DNA of 64,000 nt, taken from NCBI GenBank assembly GCA_036506735.1, contig DASXRG010000152.1:3226-67225 (forward strand). The letters run 5' to 3'. The DNA is from Candidatus Binatia bacterium (lineage in GTDB: Bacteria; Desulfobacterota; Binatia; UBA9968). The notes under the pieces were generated by a model that worked only from the letters and a program-made list of their open reading frames with translations, made no database searches and was not told where the DNA came from. Shown piece after piece: positions 54,897 to 61,805 of this stretch. Within the stretch, counting starts at the first letter, position 1. The number at the start of each line of letters is the position of its first letter. The position numbers and the translations under genes are program-made.

Positions 54897-56660
54897 ATGA
54901 ATTATTTTCAGCATGTTTCTCTAGCGGCGGATCAGACGATTATCGCCGCGTGGGACTCGCAAGTTGCAGAAGCGATCGGAACGCCCGAGGTTGAGGAGCT
55001 CTTAGTGCAGCGGGGAGGCGAGTTGTTTGCGCGCTTCGCTGTGTGCTACGCGCAGTTGCGCGCATTGCCGCGGGGCGCCCGCCGCGCTCTGCTGCGTCAA
55101 CTCACGCGGTCGCAAGTCCTGACGGGCATTTCACCTGAGTCGCAACGCAATCTCGCGCGCACGTTGGCCGGGGCGGCGTTGGTGCTTGCGCTGGGACAAG
55201 GAGTGGCTCAATCGGCCACGATTACCGTCAACACAAACATTCCAACGATTCTTGCGGACGGAAAGTGTTCGCTCGTCGAGGCGATCATCAACGCCAACAA
55301 CGACGCTTTAACCCATCCGGACTGCGCAGCGGGCAGCGGCGCCGACACGATCGCGCTGCCTGCGGCCAGCGTGCACACGATTTTAACCGATTACGACTCC
55401 ACGTATGGCGCCACGCGGTTACCGGCGATCACGAGCCAAATCACCATTCAAGGAAACGGCGGCAAGATCACGCGGAAGAAAAGTAAGCTCCTCTCGCGCT
55501 TAATTGCCGTGGCCAGCTCAGGAGACCTTACACTGGACAATGTAAGCGTAAGCGGCGGGGCGCAATATTTCGGCGGCGCCATAGTTAATTTTGGCATGCT
55601 CACGATTACGGACAGCACACTCTCCGGCAATACGGCCGTCCGCGGCGGCGCCATATATAACTACACGGACGGCGCGGTCACAATTTCTAATAGCGTCATA
55701 ACCGGCAATAAAGCCGCCTATGGCGGCGCGGGTATATTTACGTACCGCGGCGCAGTCACTGTAGAGAGCAGCGCCTTAACAAAAAATGTCGCTCCTTATG
55801 GCGGGGGCGTCTATAGCTACAATGGGACGGTGAGTATCGAGAATAGCACCATATCAAGCAATACGGGCTATCGCGGGGGTGGAATTCGTTATCATGGGGG
55901 AGAGTTCACCATCGAGCGCAGCCTCGTTGCAAACAATAAGGCTGCCGCCAGTGGAGGCGGTATCTCAGGCGAAGACAACGGAACTCTCACCATAAGCAAC
56001 AGCGTCATTTCGGGCAATAGCACCCCTTCGTTTGGCGCCGGCATATCGCTGGCTTCCGCCTACGTGACAATCGAAAACAGCACGATCTCCGGCAACAAGG
56101 CAGGTTACGCGGGTGGCGGCATTGCGAATTTCGGGGCATTTCTAATCATCGAGAACAGCACGATTTCCGGCAACAGTGCCAAGAGGATCGGCGGCGGCCT
56201 ATGGAACCAAGGGCCCGCCGCTCTTAGCCAGACGACCATTTCAAGCAATAGCGTAAAAAATATCGGCGGGGGCATTTACAACTCGTTCAATCAACTGACT
56301 TTGAACCGTAGTCTTGTTTCCGGTAACAAGGCCGGAGTCGGACCTGAAATAAACAATCGCAGCTCGAATTCGGCGACGGTCGTCGCCGATAACTTCAACC
56401 TCTTCGGCGTCAACGGCAATTCCGGGGTCACGGGCTTTGCCCCCGGTGTGTCCGACATCGTACCTCCCGCCGGCGTTCTTATCAGCAACATCCTCGCGCC
56501 GCTCGCGAACAACGGCGGGCCGACTCAGACGCATGCGCTCGTCGCCGGTAGTCCGGCGATCGATGCATCACCGGCCGACGCGGATTGTCCGTCCACCGAT
56601 CAGCGCGGCACTTTGCGACCCCAGGGCCCGCTCTGCGACATCGGCGCTTTCGAAAAATAA
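54897..56660 (+). CDS. beta-helix paralogue B
   Basis: ATG 4 nt after the stop of A. Same architecture as A. The segment after AAWDSQVAE in the N-extension is more divergent. Confidence 0.85.
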   Translation: MNYFQHVSLAADQTIIAAWDSQVAEAIGTPEVEELLVQRGGELFARFAVCYAQLRALPRGARRALLRQLTRSQVLTGISPESQRNLARTLAGAALVLALGQGVAQSATITVNTNIPTILADGKCSLVEAIINANNDALTHPDCAAGSGADTIALPAASVHTILTDYDSTYGATRLPAITSQITIQGNGGKITRKKSKLLSRLIAVASSGDLTLDNVSVSGGAQYFGGAIVNFGMLTITDSTLSGNTAVRGGAIYNYTDGAVTISNSVITGNKAAYGGAGIFTYRGAVTVESSALTKNVAPYGGGVYSYNGTVSIENSTISSNTGYRGGGIRYHGGEFTIERSLVANNKAAASGGGISGEDNGTLTISNSVISGNSTPSFGAGISLASAYVTIENSTISGNKAGYAGGGIANFGAFLIIENSTISGNSAKRIGGGLWNQGPAALSQTTISSNSVKNIGGGIYNSFNQLTLNRSLVSGNKAGVGPEINNRSSNSATVVADNFNLFGVNGNSGVTGFAPGVSDIVPPAGVLISNILAPLANNGGPTQTHALVAGSPAIDASPADADCPSTDQRGTLRPQGPLCDIGAFEK

Positions 56661-56666
56661 GAGCGT

Positions 56667-58160
56667 ATGAATTATTTTCAGCCATACGCGCTGGACGAAA
56701 CGATAGTCGCTGCGTGGGATTCTCAGATCGCCGAGACACCGTGGCTGGCGCAATCGGCGGCGGCGCAGAGTGCTGATTTATTTCCGCGCTTCGCAACCTG
56801 CTACGCGAAGTTGCGCGCATTGCCGCGGGGCTCGCGCCGGGCGTTGCAGCGGCAGCTCGCCCGCTCCCAAGGACCGGCGGCGATTCCGCTGGAGTGGCAG
56901 CCAAAACTCGCGCGCGCGTTGGCCGGAGCCGCGTTGTTGCTGGCGCTGCGACAAGGTTCAGTGCAGGCGGCCACGATAACGGTCAACACAAACATTCCGA
57001 AGATTCTTGCAGACGGCAAGTGTTCGCTGGTCGAGGCCATGGTAAACGCCAATGATACGGCTACAGGTCAGCCCTACGCGGACTGCGCGGCGGGCGATCC
57101 TACCGGAGCCGATACGATCATCCTGCGCAAAGGGACTCAAACGCTCGTAGATTTCTACTACTATGGGCTTGGTTTGCCGCCGGTTACCAGCCAGATCACG
57201 ATTCAAGGCAACGGCGCCAAGATTGTCCGCGCAAAGAATGCACCGGACTTCGGTCTGTTCTTGGTGCGTTCGTATGGTGGCGACCTCACACTCAATAATC
57301 TGACACTCAGCGGGGGTACTCAGTATGTCGGCGCTGTATCTAATCACGGAACTCTCAGAATCACCAACTGTGTCATCACAGGAAACCGAGCCGTAAGCGG
57401 CGGCGGAATATATAATCGCGGCCTTGGCTATATAAGCGACAGCACAATCTCGACAAATAGGGCGACATTCGGCGGCGGCGTGTTCAACATCGGCTCTCTA
57501 CGAATCATTAACTCTGTCATTACCGGTAACACGGCCAGCGGTTTCGGCGGCGGCGTTGATAACGCCTACAGTATCAGCCTTTCTATCGAGAACAGCACTA
57601 TCACGAAAAATTCGTCGGATAACGGCGGCGGGGTAAGCAACTATGGAGGTACCTTTAAAATCTCCAACAGCACCATTTCGAAGAACACAGCTATCCACGA
57701 TGGAGGCGGCGTTTACAACAATCCCGCATATGATGGCAGCTCTTCGTCTATTATCGGCAGCACCATCACGGGAAATAGCTCGGTTAGAGGTGGCGGAGTG
57801 TTTAACTCACGCAACAACTATAGTTACGGCTTCAAAACCACTCTTTCGATCAGCAACAGCACGATCTCAAAGAATTCGGCGACAAATGGCGGCGGTATAT
57901 TCAGCGAGTACCCCGGCGCCGGTCTTGCGACGATGCTCTACGTGAACCAAAACAGCACGATCCAAGGAAACAAAGCTGGCAATGACGGCGGCGGCGTTTA
58001 TAACGGGAGCTACTTTTACCTCGATAACAGCGCAATCTCAAAGAATTCGGCAGGGGCCCGCGGCGGCGGCGTGTTCAATGCGACCCCGTATGTTTTCTCC
58101 CCGACTAACAGCACGATCAGCGGCAACAAGGCGGCTGTTGGACCGAACGTTTTTCTGTGA
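56667..58160 (+). CDS. beta-helix paralogue C, lacking the C-terminal choice-of-anchor-Q-type domain
   Basis: ATG 6 nt after the stop of B. Same N-extension, signal-like segment and CSLVEAM motif. Ends ...SGNKAAVGPNVFL where the other paralogues continue for about 100 aa. Confidence 0.8.
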   Translation: MNYFQPYALDETIVAAWDSQIAETPWLAQSAAAQSADLFPRFATCYAKLRALPRGSRRALQRQLARSQGPAAIPLEWQPKLARALAGAALLLALRQGSVQAATITVNTNIPKILADGKCSLVEAMVNANDTATGQPYADCAAGDPTGADTIILRKGTQTLVDFYYYGLGLPPVTSQITIQGNGAKIVRAKNAPDFGLFLVRSYGGDLTLNNLTLSGGTQYVGAVSNHGTLRITNCVITGNRAVSGGGIYNRGLGYISDSTISTNRATFGGGVFNIGSLRIINSVITGNTASGFGGGVDNAYSISLSIENSTITKNSSDNGGGVSNYGGTFKISNSTISKNTAIHDGGGVYNNPAYDGSSSSIIGSTITGNSSVRGGGVFNSRNNYSYGFKTTLSISNSTISKNSATNGGGIFSEYPGAGLATMLYVNQNSTIQGNKAGNDGGGVYNGSYFYLDNSAISKNSAGARGGGVFNATPYVFSPTNSTISGNKAAVGPNVFL

Positions 58161-58201
58161 GCGTCGCCGGGTTTAGTTTGGCGCTTTAGTCAAAAAACAC
58201 C

Positions 58202-59962
58202 ATGAACTACTTGCGGCCTTACGCGCCTCCACTGGACGTGACGATAGTCGCTGCGTGGGATTTTCAGATCGCCGAGACACCGTGGCTGGCGCAATCGGCG
58301 GCGGCGCAGAGTGCTGATTTATTTCCGCGCTTCGCAACCTGCTACGCGCAGTTGCGCGCATTGCCGCGGGGCGCCCGCCGCGCGCTCCAACGTCGACTCG
58401 CGAGCTCGCAAGACCTGGCGGCGATTCCGCCTGAGTGGCGACAGAAACTGGCGCGCTCCGTGGCCGGCGCAGCGTTGCTGTTGGCGCTGGGGCAAGGAGT
58501 AGCTCAGGCGGCCACGATAACGGTCAACACAAACATTCCGAAGATTCTTGCTGACGGAAAGTGTTCGCTCGTCGAGGCGATCATCAACGCCAACAACGAC
58601 GCTTTAACCCATCCGGACTGCGCAGCGGGCAGCGGCGCCGACACGATCGTGCTGCCAGCAGCCAGTGTCCATACGGTATTAAACGATTACGATTTCACCT
58701 ATGGCGCCACCCGTCTGCCGGCGATCACGAGCCAAATCACGATCGAAGGAAACGGCAGCAAGATTACGCGAAAGAAAAGTAAAGTCCAGTCTCGATTAAT
58801 GGCTGTAACGACTACCGGCGATCTGACCCTCAAGAACGTGACGCTCAGTGGGGGGCAACATTCCTATGGAGGTGCGCTGTTCAATTATGGCGGTCTCATG
58901 ATCAACGAGAGCACCATTACAGGAAACAGTGCCGTTACAGGTGGAGCGGTAGCTAACGGTGCCGGTGCCGGCCTCGTTATCGAAGATAGCCTCTTTTCGA
59001 AAAACACGGCTGTTACCGGTGGCGGGATTTTTAATTATAAAGGCGATGTCACGGTTCGTAACAGTAGTCTCACCGGACACAAGACGATCTTCAGCGGCGG
59101 CGGTTTGTATGATGTTTCCGGGACCGTAACGATCGAGAGCGTGATCATTGATGGAAATAAGGCCGGCGCCGGCGGCGCCATCTATGCCAAAGGTAGCCTG
59201 CTCGACGTTAACAGCAGCATGATCTCGGGGAACAGCGCCGGTAGTCACGGCGGCGGCATTTGGATCGCTTCTACTCTTGGCGGCAGCGCCACAGTAACGA
59301 TTGCAAATAGCACGGTCGCGGGTAACAAGGCTCACTACAGTTCTGCCGGAATCCTACACCAAAACTTCGGCGGCACGCTTACGATTCAGAACAGCGCCGT
59401 TTTAGGCAATACTGCAAGTGCAGGCGGCGGAGGGATCGAGCAGACGTCCGGGACCATGACGATTGAGAATAGCACTATTTCCGGTAACCGCGGCGGTTCT
59501 GAAGGTGCCGGTATATGGAATCAGAACACTGCAACAATTCGTAATAGCACTATCTCGGGTAATACATCTAAACGGAGCGGGGGAGTTCGCAATTCGGGAC
59601 AACTTACACTCGATCGGAACCTTATTTCCGGTAATAAAGCCGCAGTCGGGCGTGAAATCTACAGTTACACGAGCGGCACGGTCGTCGCCGACAACTTCAA
59701 CTTATTTGGTAATAACGGCAGTGCGGGCGTGGTAGGTTTCTTACCCGGCGCCACCGACATCGTGCCGGGCGCCGGCGTCCTCATCAGCAACATCCTCGCG
59801 CCGCTCGCGAACAACGGCGGGCCGACTCAGACGCATGCGCTCGTCGCCGGTAGTCCGGCGATCGATGCATCACCGGCCGACGCGGATTGTCCGTCCACCG
59901 ACCAACGTGGAACCTTGCGGCCACAGGGTCCGCTCTGCGACATCGGCGCTTTCGAAAAATAA
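58202..59962 (+). CDS. beta-helix paralogue D
   Basis: Same architecture. The 5' end is nearly identical to C, an internal block is identical to B, and the 3' end is a B-like then A-like chimera. Confidence 0.85.
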   Translation: MNYLRPYAPPLDVTIVAAWDFQIAETPWLAQSAAAQSADLFPRFATCYAQLRALPRGARRALQRRLASSQDLAAIPPEWRQKLARSVAGAALLLALGQGVAQAATITVNTNIPKILADGKCSLVEAIINANNDALTHPDCAAGSGADTIVLPAASVHTVLNDYDFTYGATRLPAITSQITIEGNGSKITRKKSKVQSRLMAVTTTGDLTLKNVTLSGGQHSYGGALFNYGGLMINESTITGNSAVTGGAVANGAGAGLVIEDSLFSKNTAVTGGGIFNYKGDVTVRNSSLTGHKTIFSGGGLYDVSGTVTIESVIIDGNKAGAGGAIYAKGSLLDVNSSMISGNSAGSHGGGIWIASTLGGSATVTIANSTVAGNKAHYSSAGILHQNFGGTLTIQNSAVLGNTASAGGGGIEQTSGTMTIENSTISGNRGGSEGAGIWNQNTATIRNSTISGNTSKRSGGVRNSGQLTLDRNLISGNKAAVGREIYSYTSGTVVADNFNLFGNNGSAGVVGFLPGATDIVPGAGVLISNILAPLANNGGPTQTHALVAGSPAIDASPADADCPSTDQRGTLRPQGPLCDIGAFEK

Positions 59963-60137
59963 TCGTTGTCGGCCTCGTTTTTTCTCGCCAGCCTCCAGTT
60001 TACTGTAGGGAAAATCCGTCAGTTTAGCCTCCAGTAAACTTTTTTTCCAAACCCACGTCTAAGTAAGTGCCAGTTTACTTACATGGGGTTTCTACCTGCA
60101 TGTTCGCGCTCAGGATACAGAAAGTTGAGGAACCAGC

Positions 60138-61721
60138 ATGAATTATTTTAGTCCGTTCTCGCTTTCCGCAGACGAAACGGTACTCGCCGCGTGGGATTCG
60201 CAAGTTGCTCAAGCGTCGGAGGATCCCTTTCTTGCCGAGGCGTTGGCGCAGGCTGGAAGCGAGATGTTGCCGCGCTTTGCCGCCCGTTACGCGCAGTTGC
60301 GCGCGTTGCCCCGCGGCGCCCGCCGCACTCTCCAGCGCCAATTGGCGCGTTCGCGCGAGCTGGCCACGATTTCGCCGGAGTGGCAGCCAAAACTCGCGCG
60401 CACGTTGGCCGGCACCGCGTTGTTGCTAGCCCTCGCGCACGGCGTCAGCCAGGCCGCGACGATAACGGTCAACACCAACATTCCGAAGATCAATCCGGAC
60501 GGACTATGCTCGCTGATCGAGGCGATCGTCAATGCCAACGACGACGCTGCAACCCATGCCGATTGCGCCGCGGGCAGCGGCGCGGACGTAATCGATCTGG
60601 CGCCGGCCAGCATCCATACGGTCACGAACAAGTTCGTCCAATATCATGGCGCCACCGGCCTGCCGACGATTACGAGCCAAATCACGATCGACGGCAACGG
60701 CGGCAAGATCGTCGCTAAAAGAGGCGCGTCGTTTCGCTTGTTGGCGGTGGAAAGCTCAGGGGATCTTACCCTATCGAACGTGACCGTGAGCGGCGGGTCG
60801 CAAAATCATGGCGGCGCGATATTTAGCTATGGCACGCTCACGATCAACGACAGCACGATCACCGCGAGCAAGGCCAACTTGGGCGGCGGCGTATTCAACG
60901 GCGCAGCCGCCGTTCTCAACATCGACGGCAGCACCATTTCGAAGAACACGGCGGCATACGGCGGCGGCTTGTACGATTACAGCGGCGCCGTCACCATCGC
61001 CAACAGCACGATCACCGGCAACAAGGCGTTCATCGACGGCGGCGGCATTTACGAACGCTCCGGTACTCTCACGGTCACGTACAGCACGATTTCGAAAAAC
61101 ACCTCGATTCGCGACGGCGCCGGCCTGCACGGCCGCGACAGCTACGCTACGATCGGCTACAGCACGATCTCCGGCAACACCGCCGGCTTCTTCGGTTACG
61201 GCGGCGGCGTTTACGACCGCTCGAGCACGACCACGATCGAAAACAGCACGATCTCAGGCAACAAGGCGAGAGCCGGCGCCGGCATATTCACGCGCGCGAC
61301 GCTCACCGTTTCCAACAGCACGATCGCGAAAAATACCGCCGACGACGGCGGCGGGATATTGAACCTGCGCGATCTGACTCTCAAGCGCACCCTGATATCG
61401 GGCAACTCCGCGTTCATCGGGCGGGAGATCGACGATTTCGACACGGTCACGCGGAATAATTACAACTTGTTCGGTAACAACGGCTACGACGGCGTTATCG
61501 GTTTTTCGCCAGGGGGAACGGACATCGTGCCCGGCGTCGGTCTTGCCGGCATCATCGGTCCGCTCGCCAACAACGGCGGCCCGACGCAGACGCATGCGCT
61601 GGTTACCGGGAGTCCGGCCATAGATGCGGCTCCTGCGGATGCCGACTGTCCCGCGGCCGATCAGCGCGGCACCGCGCGGCCGCAAGGAGCGAGCTGCGAC
61701 ATCGGTTCTTTCGAAAAGTAG
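60138..61721 (+). CDS. beta-helix paralogue E (higher-GC, most divergent copy)
   Basis: Preceded by a 175-nt spacer and GAGGAA. Same architecture: MNYFSPFS..., LAGTALLLALAHGVSQA, DGLCSLIEAIVNAN, NSTITGN coils, and DQRGTARPQGASCDIGSFEK. Confidence 0.85.
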   Translation: MNYFSPFSLSADETVLAAWDSQVAQASEDPFLAEALAQAGSEMLPRFAARYAQLRALPRGARRTLQRQLARSRELATISPEWQPKLARTLAGTALLLALAHGVSQAATITVNTNIPKINPDGLCSLIEAIVNANDDAATHADCAAGSGADVIDLAPASIHTVTNKFVQYHGATGLPTITSQITIDGNGGKIVAKRGASFRLLAVESSGDLTLSNVTVSGGSQNHGGAIFSYGTLTINDSTITASKANLGGGVFNGAAAVLNIDGSTISKNTAAYGGGLYDYSGAVTIANSTITGNKAFIDGGGIYERSGTLTVTYSTISKNTSIRDGAGLHGRDSYATIGYSTISGNTAGFFGYGGGVYDRSSTTTIENSTISGNKARAGAGIFTRATLTVSNSTIAKNTADDGGGILNLRDLTLKRTLISGNSAFIGREIDDFDTVTRNNYNLFGNNGYDGVIGFSPGGTDIVPGVGLAGIIGPLANNGGPTQTHALVTGSPAIDAAPADADCPAADQRGTARPQGASCDIGSFEK

Positions 61722-61753
61722 CGGCTCGCATCGCTGCAGCTTTCTATTCTTTA

Positions 61754-61805
61754 TTGACAGGGCGCGGTTAAATTTAGTATATAGCGCCAGTTTGTAGCGC
61801 TATAT
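61754..61805 (+). promoter_or_regulatory. sigma70-like promoter with the same conserved box, plus a 9-bp inverted repeat reaching the start codon
   Basis: TTGACA at 61754-61759 and TATATA at 61778-83. GTATATAGCGCCAGTTTG at 61777-61794. ATATAGCGC (61779-87) / GCGCTATAT (61797-61805). Confidence 0.5.

Noticed and set aside
53400-61700. Possible CRISPR or other non-coding tandem array, suggested by the strong periodic repetition
   Set aside because: The period is about 69 nt, it is imperfect, and it lies entirely within long ORFs that encode beta-helix coils. There are no short identical direct repeats separated by unique spacers.
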